The notes below the pieces were generated by a model that was not told the DNA's origin, made no database searches, and saw nothing but the letters and a program-made list of their open reading frames with translations. 64,000 nt of DNA, taken from the human T2T-CHM13v2.0 reference genome, Homo sapiens. This document shows, piece by piece, positions 28,451 through 44,063 of the stretch. The stretch lies in the NCBI RefSeq assembly GCF_009914755.1, contig NC_060925.1; one strand, written 5' to 3'. Every line of letters starts with the position of its first letter. The first letter of the stretch is position 1. A program made the position numbers and the translations under genes.

Positions 28451-28930
28451 TTAAGGCTCTCTCTTCCCTAACTACAGCCAAATGACAAGAGCAGCAGTAA
28501 TCACAGCATCCTTTTTTGAACTTTTACTGACTATCCAGTCCTGTGCGCATCATCTTATCTGCATCATCTCATTCAGTTACTTGGTAACATCCCTATCAGG
28601 TAGATACTATCGTCATCCTCATTTCATCCACGGTCTGCAAGACAAAGACACAGCAGGTCCCTCGCTGTCCACTTCAGTGGTTGGGAGTTGGTCCCCAAAC
28701 ACACTGCATAACTGGCTGTCACTCCTCAGTTGCAATTTGATCCAAGGGCTGTTGAGTCCTATACATTCACACGAGAGCTTTCACTTAGGAATAACGAGTT
28801 GTTTATCTCCTCCCAGCATGAACTGCCCATTTCCATTTGTCCTGAAGCCGTAGCTTCCGAGCTTCCACGGCACACCCACTCTGGCAGCGAGGGTCTGTGT
28901 GCGTACTCTTGCTACACAGGCCAGATTGTA

Positions 28931-29128
28931 TGTTGCCAGATTTAGTATGTACGTGCACAGACATGTGTGCATACACACACAAGGGAGAATATTGATGCCC
29001 AGTTAAATGTGAATATCAGATAAACAACAGTTTTTTTTTTAGTACAAGTATGTCTATATTAAAATATTGTCCGTTGCTTTTGTGGAACTCACAGTTTGCT
29101 GGGCATCATGTATTTTATCTGACAACCC
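28931..29128. mobile_element. MER53-like hAT MITE
   Basis: Inverted ends GTTGCCAGAT ... ATCTGACAACCCT. Internal CCCAGTTAAATGTGAATATCAGATAAACAAC. Confidence 0.7.
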
Positions 29129-30682
29129 TCCAAGCATCAGAGCTGTTCCTTTGAACCTTTGCAGACAGAGGTTTGTCTGTTTTGGATATTGGTCCCATTG
29201 AAGACATGAGGAAGTGAGTTGGTTTATCTCCAGACACATCATTGATGTGGGGACCATAAAAGGCAGGAAGGACACTGGCCATTGCTGAGGAGAAGACACG
29301 CTAGCAGGTTGCTAGCAAAGCCAAATGCTGCCAGGGCTGGGGACTTTCGTGCTCCCTCTGAAAAGTGAGTCCTGGATGTCTCTCAAATACCAAAACGTGA
29401 GGACTTCCAGATACCCAGATCTGGTGCCGTTAGATGCTGCAACCTGGAGAAATTCAAGCCTTCTTCTGCCACTGGTGTTGGGGGAGAAGCTTGTTAGTAA
29501 AAGATGTGCCAGGAATATGTAGCAGGAAGTGTGATTGTAGTTTCTGCCTTCCTTGTATCTCTGGTAGATGACAATACATACAATATTTTGTAATTTCCTT
29601 TTTAAAACTTGATATGAGCCTTATTAAGCTAGAAACTCCCTGATGAAGGTAGAGCAGCAGCATATCAACTTGGTGTGCTGAACTTGTACTTAATTATTAT
29701 CATAACAGTCCCTCAACATCACTGCACGTTAGCCCATAAGGACAGGAATGGAAATTTTAGCATATTCAGTTACAATGTAAACCCTTGAATATCACTGTCG
29801 AAATTCACCAAGGGCCATTCTCTGTTTGGTCCCCAACACACAGCAGGGACTGAGTGAGGTATTACCCAGGTCACACAACCTGGATGTTTGCAAGCATAAT
29901 TTACAGCCTCACCCAGAAACCGGGCAGGCATTGGAAGACCATAATAGATACTTTTCCCCTTGGTAAGTGACCAGACATGGTTATTTGCCTTGGGTGAAGA
30001 GTAGCTCTGGCCATCACTTGACTGAATCATCAAATATTGATCCTCTCTGCATCTTTCATTGCTGGGGAACGTTGCTGGGGAAGTTTCCTCCCGTCATTGG
30101 CGGCTGTGGCTTATGTCCGTGTGAATTTATGCTCAGTCAGCACGAATCTCCAGGCTTGTCCTCGGATAGTCGCGGCCATTCACTTTAGTTGGCGTGGATT
30201 AGGCACCAGCAGAGGGCAGGGATATGGCTTACGGGCTAAGTAGGCTCATACCACTCTGCTTCCCACACGCCGGGGCAAAAATCATGAGGAAAACAGGGTG
30301 TAAATGAAGGGCTCTTTTGCCACCAGTAGGAGCTGGGGAGAAAAATTTTACCAAACGAGTTAAAGAAGGAACGAGCTCCTCACGCAGCAGCTCTGGTGAG
30401 GCTGCTTTCATGGCCGCTGGCTCCGGCCCCTTGTTTCCTTCTGTGCGGGTGTGTGGGTTTCTGGCTGCTGAGCTTCCCTGTGGATGCCCTCCCTCACTGC
30501 AAGGCCGGAGTGGAAGAGGGAAAGCAGGTGATTTCATGAAAGAGCGCCTTTCTGCTTCATGAGGTTTTTCTCCTGGACAGATGAAATAACCTTCCACGTC
30601 CTCCTTGCACTTCGTAATTCAACAGCTTGTAACTCGCGCAAAACCTGAGGCCGGCGCAAATACTGAAGCGGTCAGTATTGCT

Positions 30683-30846
30683 TCTTGCTACCCTCAGTGT
30701 GGTCCAAAGATTGGTATGTTCAGCATCACCCAGGGGGTATTAGAAGTGCAGAATTTCAGGCCCCAACCCAGATCTACAGAATCCAAGTCTGCGTCTTAGT
30801 ATGAGCCCCAGGTGGTTCACACACACTTTAATTTGGAAAGGATTGG
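30683..30846. mobile_element. MER5A-family DNA transposon
   Basis: GTGTGGTCC...CAGCATCACC...TTAGAAGTGCAGAATTTCAGGCCCCAACCCAGATCTAC. Confidence 0.75.
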
Positions 30847-31332
30847 GACACGCCATTCTGTTGTTGCCAGTAGGGTCCTGCCTCAGTGCCTTGCCCCCAG
30901 GCAAGTGGTTATTTATTTATTTATTTTACCTTGTCTTAAGAGAAAAGTCCAAGGGAAAATTTCACAAGTTGCTCTGGCAATTTATGACTTGACTTCAAGC
31001 ACCTTTAGAAAATATCGAATTGAAATCTCCAATGATATGGCTGGAGCTTATCATTCTTTATTCTGCCCTTGGCAATGAGCGATAGAGAATAGCAGGTTTC
31101 TGAAATCAGAACACACTGAGTGGCGATGACTAAACAGTTCCCTCAGCCTTTGTTCTCTGGGTGAAATGGTCCTGTTCTTCCATCCTTTAGCTCCTCTGAA
31201 CGGGGAACTTGCCTGTCTGTTCACTGCTATAGCCCAGTGCTTGGCATGGCACCTAGTATTGAGTACCTTTGGTGCCAAATAACTACATTTTTCAAAAGAA
31301 TGAATGATTTTGAATGAATGGACCTTTAAAAC

Positions 31333-31528
31333 AAAGGGCCAGACAGTAAATCTTTTCAGTTTTGCGAGCCAGACTGTCCGTCCCAACAATTCAATTCTGC
31401 CATTGTAGCATGAAAGCAGCCATAGGCAATAGTCAAGGAATGGGCGTGGCTGTGTTCCAATAAAACTTTATTTACAAAAACAGACTGTGGGCTGGATTTG
31501 GACCATGGATGTAGTTGGTCCACTCCTG
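31333..31528. mobile_element. MER58A-like DNA transposon
   Basis: AAAGGGCCAGACAGTAAAT...GGGCGTGGCTGTGTTCCAATAAAACTTTATTTACAAAAACAG. Confidence 0.85.
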
Positions 31529-33597
31529 TTTTAGATTATGGCCACGGTTTCTAGAAGGAGTGGGGTGCTCTGTGTATGTCCTGCTACTCATGTTTACAGC
31601 CGCCTGATGCTATTCATACTCAGCTTATATTTCTGCAATGAATGTATACTTTTATTTACAACATACCTGGTGAGGTTAGGGTTTCTTCTTTAATGCATGT
31701 AGCATAGGCTTGTTTGTTTCTTCTTGAATTGTCCTCAGCCTGAAAACATTAGGCAATGTCTCTTGCAAAGGAGAGTTTGAATGTGGGAATTGAGAAATGT
31801 CCTGTTTCTCTTAAAAGCTCAGGGCACTGCTTCATGGCATTGTAGAGAGGGCAGGGCTAGTCCCAGTGATACACTCTGTGTTCTCCTGTCTAGTGGGGAT
31901 GGCTGAGCCAATGGCATGTGTCCTTGTTGAGACCAGGTGGGTTAAAGGATTGGGGTGTCACAGAAGATAGGCTGAAACTGCCTGCATCTTTAGGCGTGCA
32001 GTGCTTTGAATGAAGCCTGTATGTTGCTGGATGCAACAGAGTCCCCCTAGAATAGTGACCGATGGGAGGGCACAGATGCTATTTGTCCATGTTTAAGTAT
32101 TTACATGACAGCACGAGAAAACTGGAGAGGCTCTCTTTCATCTTTGCTGCCACAATTTACGTACAGTTTATGATGGATGCGAGAGGTAGACATTTATCAC
32201 AAAAGTGTAAGAAATGTTGACTCTTCATGAATTGATTACTTAGAATGTATTTTATTAAAGATTCTAGGTGGCATGTGATAAACTGAACCTCTGCTGGTTT
32301 GCAGCTTAATGATTCATGCATCTGTGGTGGTGATAAGGAAATCAAAGATTCGGTTTGCCTTTTCAGAGAAAGAATATGGATTATTATTAAATCTGGAATG
32401 GGCCTCTTGAGAATCCTTCCTTAGGGAGCGTACATATCAATACTTTCTTCTCGATGTGAGAATTCTAATGCTTCACTTATGGAAACATAAATTCCACAGC
32501 AAGTGGCTGCGGGTTCCTTCCTTCCCTCTGGTTCCTTACATCCTTTGTGCGTCGAGGATGCGTTTTTATTCCTTAGTTAGTACCTGGCATTCATCGTTCT
32601 TTAGTCTCCATGGTTTTGTGTTTCTATTGATAACTTTTAATGCTAAGAGCTCTGTTGAGGTCTATGTTTTGCAGCAGCTGAGATGCTGGTAGAGACCAGG
32701 ATGGTGTATTTGCCTGTCATCCCATTGGCTTGAAATTTCCTAACAGATTGGGTTAAGTCTTGGAAAAGACTAAGAGTAACTATTAGATCTCAGATTTCCA
32801 ACGGAAGTGAGGTCAGCTCACATGGGATGTAGAATGTTACCCTGAACCAATTCATGCAGAAGCCAACAAGGCCGCCAAGCACATCTAGTGAGTTGCATCT
32901 GGACCAAGGACAGCAGATCAGAATGCCCCGTTTCACTAGGCTTTGCGGATGGTGGAGGTGGAGGCATTCCTGTTCTCAAATAACAGAGTCAGGGAGGGCT
33001 TTGCTGAAGGCATCCGGCATGTGGCGCCCCAGCCATCACCTCAGGACAGAGGATGCAGGCGGAGCTCCCAGGTAACATTCAATGATGAATAACAAGCCCA
33101 CAGGCTTACAGTGACATTAACGAGGTGTTGGCGTTGTCTGATAGCTTGAGTTTCAAAATACTGTGTGACTTCTTTTTCTTTCAAAAATATCAGACAGAGG
33201 TTAAATACTGTAATCTTTTCCATAGGAGACTGTGGGAAAATAAATTGGGAAACCCCAAGACTCCTTGTTTTCCCCCAGATTCCTTACCCGTCTACATGCT
33301 GTGCAGCAGAAGCAACGCTTAATCCTTTTATATGATGTGGTGCCCTCACACTGGTATTTTACTTAAACCCTTCATTTTGTTGGATGCTTTTATACATGGA
33401 ATTAGACCTAATTGTCAACATAATGCCATATTAAGTTTAGTTTCCCAAAAGAGTAAACACTGAACTGCTCGGCAATTATTTCTTACACACAGAATCTGCT
33501 TGGCCTTCCATGGACTGATCAGTCCATGAACAAGTGAGTTTTGCTGCTGACTGCTCATTCTTTCATCACTGTGACATAGTTCAAAGAGTCTTAAATG

Positions 33598-33887
<290 letters not shown>

Positions 33888-35465
33888 AGTCTTAAATTAT
33901 AGCTTCCACCTAAAAGGTGGGCAGAACGAGGCTGCCTTGATCATTGCTTTACAGCTGGTGGGGTTGCTCTGTTCTCATCAAACTCATTTCCCCTTTGCAG
34001 GAAACTCCTAGGACACCCCTTCAAGGGACACCAGCCTGGGCGATGCCATTTCTTGTTGTTGCCCAGGTTGCTTCTGTCACACCAGCACCTAGCACAGTAA
34101 GGCTTGGTGTGTGTTTCCTGAATGACTGAATGCACGTCTGAGAGCTGCTGCTGCAGCACTTCTGGTGTCTGATGAAGGGTGGTTGCTTCCTCCCAGTGAC
34201 TGAGCAGATGCGTGTGTTGACATTGGCAGAGAGGTCGGGTGCCAGCAGCCTCCTTCCAGGTGCAGAACCGATCACACTTGCCTTTTCCTGGAAGGCGGTT
34301 GGTTAAGTAAACCTTATTGAAGTAGCTCCCCTCCCAGATTAATGAATACTTTCAGACATGATATGAAATGTTTGGAAACGAGATGCGACACGGTATTTTG
34401 GCCGCATTTTTTTTTTCCCTTTCATAACACCTGGCAACAAGATTCTCAGGCTAAATACCAGACAAGTGTGCGCTTCATTATGTATAGTAACTTCGTCTAT
34501 AACTTTTTTTAAGCCCTCCAGATGGAAGCATGGTATAAATGTGGAGAGGCTGAGAAGGGGAAATGGAAATAAATGCACTAAGAAATAAAGAATCTGTTTT
34601 TTATACTTTCTTTTGCAAATAGTGTTTGCCGTGACATATTGTGAATGGACTGAATTATAACAAAACCAGAAATGAAACAGAGCTCGGGGGTAGGGAGAGC
34701 AATTGTTACACTTACTTTAACTGATATAATGCAAAGCAACGCTTTTTACACTCAATTAGTTTGTACATTGTGTTGGACACAAACCAGAATGCAGAACATT
34801 TTTGGGTTTTGTTTTTACATGATTAAGGGAGATGAGATGAAATAAATTCAGTGAATTATCCTCCGTTTCTTTTAGGTCTGAGATGTTTTTGTTCTGTTGT
34901 TCCTCACCCCCGGTATTGAGTGCATAACCCTTTTTCCCGGGTGTAGGGAGCTAGAGAGCCCAATATTTGAAAGCCCAGAGATCTATGGGCTTTCAGTAGA
35001 GTTCCTTCTTCCACTTTAGGGCCATCTTTGGCTACATAAACAAGGACACGAATCAGAGCTATTTACATCTGGCATTTTACCATATTCTGTGCTTAGAATA
35101 TCAGAAGAGGCTAGCAAGCATGATCGAAGCCAACAGATGTTAGTGAGCATTTAGGCAGCAAAAGTATTTCCAAGGCTGTATATTTCAAGATCCTTGCTTA
35201 ATTCATTTTGCTTAATTATACTTTCTTGCATTTTTAATGCTCCTAATATGATAATATTAAGAATTGCAGTGTGTGGTTATGGATTGCTCATTTCAATATA
35301 TGTTAGATATGAGGGGATGTGTGGGTTAATGCTGAGAGCCAGGAACAGATGAACTTGGGGGTCAGCTCAGTGTCTTTCCTGTGCACAGCTCTAGTTGTCT
35401 CCTCTGGGAGGGGCCCAGGAAGGGCCTGGATGCTCCTGCAAAGGACGCTTCTGCAAAGGATGCAG

Positions 35466-35615
35466 AAAAGCATTCCTCAAACTTTCATGTGCAGACAGGT
35501 GCCCTGGGGATTCTGATTCAGTTGGTCTGGGTGGGGCCTGAGATGCTGCATTGATAGCAAGTCCCTGGTGCAGCTGATGCTGCTGGTGCCACGGATCCTA
35601 CTTTGTGTTGTGGAA
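35466..35615. mobile_element. MER5-family fragment
   Basis: GATTCTGATTCAGTTGGTCTGGGTGGGGCCTGAGA...GCTGATGCTGCTGGT. Confidence 0.7.
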
Positions 35616-36480
35616 GTGAAGTCAGTTGTATTCTACAAAGGCTGCTGATCAACAAGTACCACACACAATGGAAGAGAACAAGTGCCTGCCGATGGAAGCC
35701 ATGCCTGTGATACCTGGCACATGCAATTTCCTTCTGGCGCAGGAGTTGTGGTCAAGGACCTTGGTCAGACTCTTGTCTTTTAAAAAGATCATCCCTGCTT
35801 TCATGTGTGCAAAAGGAAAGCCACGTGTGTAGAGCACTCGGTGATTCTGTGTTTTGTATTCAAAACCACAAACACTAATAAGAAAACAATAGGAGAAACC
35901 TGTTAGGTATAATATCCAATTATAATTATTTTTACTCCAAAAAGCACATCAAATAAATAATGCAGTTTATGTTACTTCTAGAAAATGCGGCAGCGTTAGT
36001 TAATTTACATAAATTATACAACTCATTATCTTTGTTTATAAAAAGACTTAGCAATATTTTGGCTTATGGATCTGAAAGGGGAAAAAATATCGCAGACTTC
36101 AGTTCAGTGTAATTTTCCTTTCCTGCACGGCCACCTTTTTATTTATTTACAGAAAGAGCATCTGTTTGACAGATCCCCTTAGGAGTACTGCCCTTTCCTT
36201 TTGATGAATAGAATGCCTTAAGTTTGACTTTTGTTTATAAAAAGCCAAATAAATACAAGTGAATTAATCCAAGCAGCAAGAGAATGCTCTGAGTAGCAGT
36301 CGCGGCTTCCTTGGCTGACACCAGGGCCTGCAGGGGTGGGGAGGGAGCCTCAGGGGCCAGGGAGCCGGGTTTTTCTGGCCTCGTGCTTGTCTTTTCTGCT
36401 GCAGAACTTCTCAGGCAGCCTCGAGTTAGATGTGCCAGTGCCACCCACTCAGGGTCAGCTCCTGAGCAGGTGAACTGTTC

Positions 36481-37101
<621 letters not shown>

Positions 37102-37769
37102 GGCCTGCCCTAGACTAACAGAGAGGCTGGAGACCTAGATTACTCTTAATCACACCCATTACCAAGACTCTGATTCTTCCACTGGTCCTGCGTCAGGCTC
37201 TGACTCATAATGAGAAACAGGATACGGCTCAGTGACAAGGGTAGGGCTTGTTTGATGGTTTGCTTGGAGACTTGAAAGGCACCTGGGAGAACAACATAGT
37301 GTAAGAAAGTGGAGCTCTCTTCCCTTGACAGTACTTGGCTGTTGCTTCTAGCTTAAATATTAAAGTCTCTGCTGGTGGATGGAGGAGCCCAGCTCCCAGG
37401 TTGTTTCAAAGTGGAAACTGGTGAAGCCTAAATTTGCCTTCATTGCTTATGCAGATCCGGTAGATTGGCAAGAGAACAAGCCTGCCCCGAGGCAGGTCTG
37501 CAGAGCGGGGGCGTGCTTGGCAGAGGAGGGAACAAGGAACATGGTTCAGTTGCGGCCAGACCTAGGCCTGGCCATGTGCCAGGGTGCCTGGACTTTGGAC
37601 ACCGGTGTGTTCAGAGTGTGATCTGATACTAGCAGGACTTCTGGCTGGGAGCGCCACTGTGGGTCCACCACAGGGACGGCCTGGGACCCCAGAGCCCTTT
37701 CCCTCATAAGACTTGGGAGTTAGAGACAAAGGGATGTCTGCCATTTATCAGTTGATGGTTAATAATTTA

Positions 37770-38320
37770 ATTCTTCCATGCATCCATTTATTGAAGAAAC
37801 ATAAGTCCACGATGTGCCACACTTTGCTAGGCACTGGGGATACAGTAATGCACAAAACAGATAGGTTCTTCACCCTCTCGAAGCTCCCAACTTGTGGGAG
37901 CGGGGAAGAAACAGACAGGACAGAGGAGTGCAAGAAGTCCCTTAGGAGCCCTGAGAGAAGGACTAGAGGACAGTGTGCAATGCATATGCCTAGATGACAA
38001 GTAGTGGCCAGGCACTGGCCCTTGGTGACGGAGGAGGCAGGAACATTTGGCCTGTGACTAAGGGAGGAAAGGCCATTGCTGCAAAGAGCTGGGCAGGGCT
38101 TTCTTGGGGACAGGACAGTGGATGCCCTAAGGCTGGAAGGACCTTGGTTGCTCTACTGCCAGAAAGGGATCTGTGGGCCTGGAGAGCAGTGGACAAGGAG
38201 GGGGCGCGGTGGAGGGGCCAGGACCCAGGTGGCACAGCAGGATCAGCTGTGGTATAGATCTTGGATTCTGTTCTAAGTGTCATGAGAAGCCACTGATGGG
38301 ATCGTAGCAGGGGTCTGGAA
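37770..38320 (-). mobile_element. L2 fragment
   Basis: CATCCATTTATTGA...ATGTGCCACAC...CTAGGCACTGGGGATACAG...; TTGGATTCTGTTCTAAGTG...GAGAAGCCACTG. Confidence 0.6.
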
Positions 38321-39699
38321 GGCAGTGGGGGAGGTTCTGGACAGGTAACTTTGCTTTATGCTGAGTGATGCTGGATATGTCCCTTAGACCCTCTGGCTGT
38401 TGGCTTCTTCATCTATGGAGTGGAAAGGCTAAGAGAGTGGAAGAGAGGTGGGCCAGAATGTTCTCCGAGGTTCCTTCCTATTTAAAAGTGCCATGATTTG
38501 GAGAGATCCCAGTTTTTTTCCCTTCTTGGAGTAGAGTTACCTTTATGGCTTCTGGGATGGATTTTAGATGGCTTCACAGTGCCAGCATTTCTGTGAAGTC
38601 ATCAATTCATATCCATGAGTTCTTTGGCTTCATAAGATAAAAGAAGACAGAATGCACAGGACTGTGTTGGAATTGCCATGGAGTGCCTAGGTTTTCACTC
38701 AGCAGTTCCATGGTGAGACCTGTGCATTGGTAAAGTTTTAGGAGCTTTCTGGGTCAATGATTCTGCACATCAGCAGGATTGATCCCCTGGAGTTTGTGCC
38801 TCTATTAGGGGACTAAGAGGGCCCCTGTAGCCAGAGGCTCCAGAGGCTCTCTGTAGCAGTGTGCCAGATGCCTGTGACATACTCCATATTTAACTGTTCA
38901 GACCTACCAGCAGGCCAAGGGTTTTAGTTCAGAGATTCTGAGCACCTCACTTTGCAGCTGGGGAATCTGATGGAGCTCACAGAATAAACAAATCTGTGGT
39001 AGGCTGAGGGGCCCTGTGATGGGCTTTTGTCACATGCTGATGAGTCATTTGCTGAGATGGCAAAGGGATTGGTTGTCATGAGGGCTGCTAGTGAACATTG
39101 GGATCTTGGGGCCCTGACACAGCTGGTGAGCAACATTCTGATGCATGTTCCCCTGCCCCTCTCAGTGAGGAAGCCAGCTGAGCATCTGCACAAAGCTTAA
39201 GAACCCAAGGGGTAGAGCTAAGTGCTAATCTGACTCCCTCTTGGACACCTATAAAAATGTCCAGAGGCTTCCAATGGCCATGGCAAAGTAACTGGTAGTG
39301 AACTTATCATCCCACCCAAACCAACTAGAACACTGGACACAATATAGGAAACAACTATTGTTGGATAATGGACAGCAGGCAGGAAGGACTGTAATATCTA
39401 AGAGGAGGAAATAAACAAGCTCTGGCTTTCTGGCTGGAGGCATTTTCCAGACAGTGCATGGGGGTGAGTGGCAACCAGGCAGAGTACAGCAGTGTAGCAA
39501 AGTTGAGGAGGTGACAACTAGAGTTTGGGGAGGCTGAGACAAATGGAATCCATAGGGTAGAGTGCTGAAGAGTACAGAGGAGAAGGGGGGTCAGCAGAGA
39601 AAGAGGTCCAGAAATCTGGATAGAAGATGTCCTTGATTCTTTGGCTAAATACTAAGCTGTGTATGCATCATGAAACTGTATGAGGTTGGTCAAAAGACA

Positions 39700-39801
39700 A
39701 CCACTGTGGGCCAGAAGCTAAAACTTCTCAGGGTTCACACAGAACTGGGAACCACTGTGAGCCAGAAGCTAAGACTTCTCAGAGCTCACCCAGAACTGGC
39801 A
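39700..39801. repeat. 51-bp tandem duplication
   Basis: ACCACTGTG(G/A)GCCAGAAGCTAA(A/G)ACTTCTCAG...CAGAACTGG, two copies. Confidence 0.9.
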
Positions 39802-40334
39802 GATGTTCAAGTTCAAACTAGTCGGTGTGAAGAGATGCTAATGAACACCTGGGTATTCCACAGAGACCCCAGAATGATCACATCTTAATAATGGGGCTAA
39901 ACTCTCCCTGGAGTGAAGACAACTCCAGACCTACCCTAACAAAGCGTATAAACAAATCAAAATGAGCAAGCTGATCTGCAAATAATGCAAGTGCCTAACA
40001 AAGCTAAATCCAAAATTCTTTAAAGTAAGACAACGAAATCCACACTCAACAGTATATCATTCACAATGCCCTGCATTCATTACTAAACATATAAGGAAAC
40101 AGGAAAATATGACCTATATCCAGGAGAGAAATCAGCCAGTAGAAAGAGGACCCAAAATAACATAGATATGGAATTAAAAGACAAGAGCTTCAAATAATCT
40201 ATTATAAATATCCTCAGCCATTTAAAGGAAAAGAAGAACAGAGTGAGGTGAGAACCATAATATATAAGAAGAACCAAAGAGAATTCTTTGAATTGGACAA
40301 TACAATATCTAAAGTGAAAATGTCACCAGATGAG

Positions 40335-40900
40335 TTATCTATTGATATGTAACAAATAACCACAAATGTATCAGCTTAAAACAACACACATTTGTGATCT
40401 CACAGTTTCTGAGGGTCAGGAATCCAGACATGGCTTGACTGAGTCCTCTGCATCAGGGCCTCTCACAAGGCTGAAATCAAGGTGTGAGCCAGGGCTGAGG
40501 TCTCATCTGAAGGCTTGACTGAGGAGGACCTGCTGCTAAGCATTCTTGATTGTTTTACAAAATCAGTTCCTTGACAGATGTTGGATCAAGGGCTTCAGTT
40601 CTTAGCTGACTGTTGGGCACAGGCCACCTTTGTTACCTTGCTATATGGACCTCCAATATGGCAGGTTGCTTCATCAAAGAGTGCAAGCCAGAAAGATAAT
40701 AGAGAAAGTTTGCTAGCAATATAGAAGTCACAGTTTTTTGTAACCTTATTACAGAAGTGACATCTCATCATCTTTGATGTATCCCATGAGTTGGAAGCCA
40801 GTTATCAATATGCCCAGAATCAACAGGTTGAGATTACACAAGAGATTGAATACCAGGCAGTAGATTTCATTTGGGGTCATTTTAGAGTCTGGTTATCGCA
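40335..40900. mobile_element. MaLR LTR (MLT1F/G-like) inserted in L1
   Basis: CAGCTTAAAACAACACACATTT...CTCACAGTTTCTGAGGGTCAGGAATCC. Candidate TSD ATGAG/ATGGG. Confidence 0.75.
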
Positions 40901-41438
40901 ATGGGATTAATACCAGATTAGACACAGTGGAAACAAAAGATAAGTGAACCTGAAGATAAAGCAACAGGAACTGCTTAAACTGAAGCACTCAGAGAAGAAA
41001 GGTAGGGGGAAAAATAATAGAGTGTGGTAGAGTATCAGAGAACTAGAGAGCAACATCAAATGATCTAACAGACATATAATTGGAGGCCCAGACCATGAGG
41101 AGTGGGTGGCAGAAAAATAGTTGAAGAACAGGTGGTCAAGACTTTTCCAAATGTGATGAAACTAAAGAGTCACAGATCCTAGAAGCAGGAGAAATACAAA
41201 GAAGAGAACATCAAGAAATATAATCAAGTTTGCTAAAAACCAGCAACAAAGAGGAAATCTTTTAATTAGGCAGAGAAAAACACATTACAAAGATAAGAAT
41301 TACCACTGATTTCTCATTACAAACATTGCAAGCTGGAAGACAATGCAACATCTTTAAATTGCTAAAAGGAAAAACCTAGAATTCTATATTCAGTGTGCAT
41401 ATTCTTCAAGAGTGAAGGTAAAATAAAGACATTTTTAG

Positions 41439-41944
<506 letters not shown>

Positions 41945-42016
41945 TGATAGAAAATGTTACAGGATGAAAATTCCTATTTACATAAAGGAACGAGGAGCAC
42001 TAGAAATGGTAAATAT

Positions 42017-42138
42017 GGCTGGACACAGTTATGTGCTCTTGTAATCACAGATACTTGGGAGGCTGAGGGAGGAGGATTGTTTGAGTCCAAAAGTGTGAGG
42101 ACAGCCTGAACAACATAGTAAGACCCTGTCTCAAAAAC
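42017..42138 (+). mobile_element. FLAM (free left Alu monomer)
   Basis: Monomer-length Alu-like sequence. TSD AATGGTAAAT(A/G)T. Confidence 0.8.
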
Positions 42139-42344
42139 AATGGTAAATGTGTAAGTAAATATAAGATACTTTTATTCTTGGTTTAAAAACACTTTCTTGA
42201 AAATATAATTGGCCAAACACTTATGGGAAAGTTATAGCTCTTAATGCCTATATCAAAGAAGAACACAGATCTTAAACAATAACCTAACTTTATATGCAAG
42301 AAGTTAGAAAAAGAAAACGAAACCCAAAATCATCCAGGGGAAAG

Positions 42345-42747
42345 TATTATGGACTGGATGTTTGCATATCCCCCCAATTTTTACATGCTGAATACATAAG
42401 CCCCAGTGTGGCTGTGTTTGGAGATGGGGCCTCTAAGGAAGTAATTATGGTTAAATGAGGTCATAGGGATGTACCCTTGATCCAATATGATTAGTATTCA
42501 TTTAAGAAGAGACACCAGAGAGCTCACTCTCTCTGTGAGCACAGACCGAGGAAAGAGGAAAGGCCATGTGAGGATGTAACAAGAAGCTCGCCACCTACAA
42601 GCCGGGAAGAAAACTCTCATCAGAAACAAATTTGCTGGCATCTTGATCATGGACTCCTAGACTCCAGAACTATGATAAAATAAACTTGTGTTGCTTAAGG
42701 CATGCAAGATGTGGCATTATGTTATAGCGTCCTGAGCAGACAACTAT
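42345..42747. mobile_element. MaLR LTR (MLT1A-like) inside the nested L1
   Basis: CCCCAGTGTGGCTGTGTTTGGAGATGGGGCCTCTAAGGAAGTAATTATGGTTAAATGAGGTCATA...CTCCAGAACTATGA. Confidence 0.85.
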
Positions 42748-42883
42748 AGAAGGAAGTAGTAAAGATTCGAGTGGAAATAAATGAAATTGAGAATGGAAAA
42801 CAATAGAGAAAATCAATGAAACCAGAAGTTGATACTCTCAAATATCAACAAAACTGGTAAACTGTTAATTACACTGAGAAAAG

Positions 42884-42884
<1 letters not shown>

Positions 42885-42936
<52 letters not shown>
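42885..42936. repeat. (GATA)13 tetranucleotide STR
   Basis: Seen directly. Confidence 0.95.
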
Positions 42937-44013
42937 CAATACCCCCAAAACTGAGAAAAGAGCTTAAAAAAAAGATCAGTAGATAGATAATATGAGACCC
43001 CAAAAAGGGAGAAAAGAGCTAAAAAAGAGATCAATAGATAGACAGATAGATGGATAGACAGACAAATAAAAGACCCAGGTGACTAAAATCAGGAATGAAA
43101 GGGAGAACATCACTACTGACCTTCTAGAATAAAAGGATTATAAAAAGAATACTATGAACAGCAGTATGCCATCAAATTAGATAACTTAGATGAACAAAAT
43201 CCTAGAAAGATGAAATGACTGCAGTTTACTCAAGAAGAAACAGAGAATCCGAATAGACCAAAAACAGAGATATTAAATTTAAAATTTTCTGACAAAGAAA
43301 AGCCAAGGGTCATATGAATTCCCTGGTGAATTCTACCAAACATTTAAAGAATAATAACACAAAATATTCCAGAAAATAGAAGAGGAGGGAACATTTCAAT
43401 TATATCTATATACATGAGCAATAAACAATTTGAAAATCAAATTAAGAAAACAATTGCAGTTATAAATAATAGCATCAAGAAGAATATAATATTTAGGGAT
43501 ACATTTTTAAAATGAAGTTTAAGACTTGTAAATGGAAAACTACAGAAATATTCTTGAAAGAAGTTAAAGAAGATCTAAATAAATGAAAAGACATCTCATG
43601 TTGTTGGATCACAACACTTAATATTGTTCAGATGGCAGTACTCCCCAAATTGATCTACAGATTCAACGTAATCTTTATCAAACTATCATCTGGCTTTTTA
43701 AAAGAAATTGACAAGCTGAACCTAAAATTTATATGGAAATACAAGGGACCTGGAATAGTTAAAATCTTTAACAGAAGAACAAAGTTGGAGAACTAAAAAT
43801 TCTCAATTTCAAAACTTACTGTAAAGCTATGGTAATCAAGTCAGTGAGGTATTGGCATAAGAATAGACGTATAAATCAATGGAATAAAATTGAGAGTCCA
43901 GGAGTAAGTCTTAGCATTTATGGTCAATTGATTTTCAACAAAGGACCAAGACAATTTAATCATGATAGAATAGTCTTTTCAGAAAGGTTCTGGGGGCAAC
44001 TGGATAAACACAT

Positions 44014-44063
<50 letters not shown>

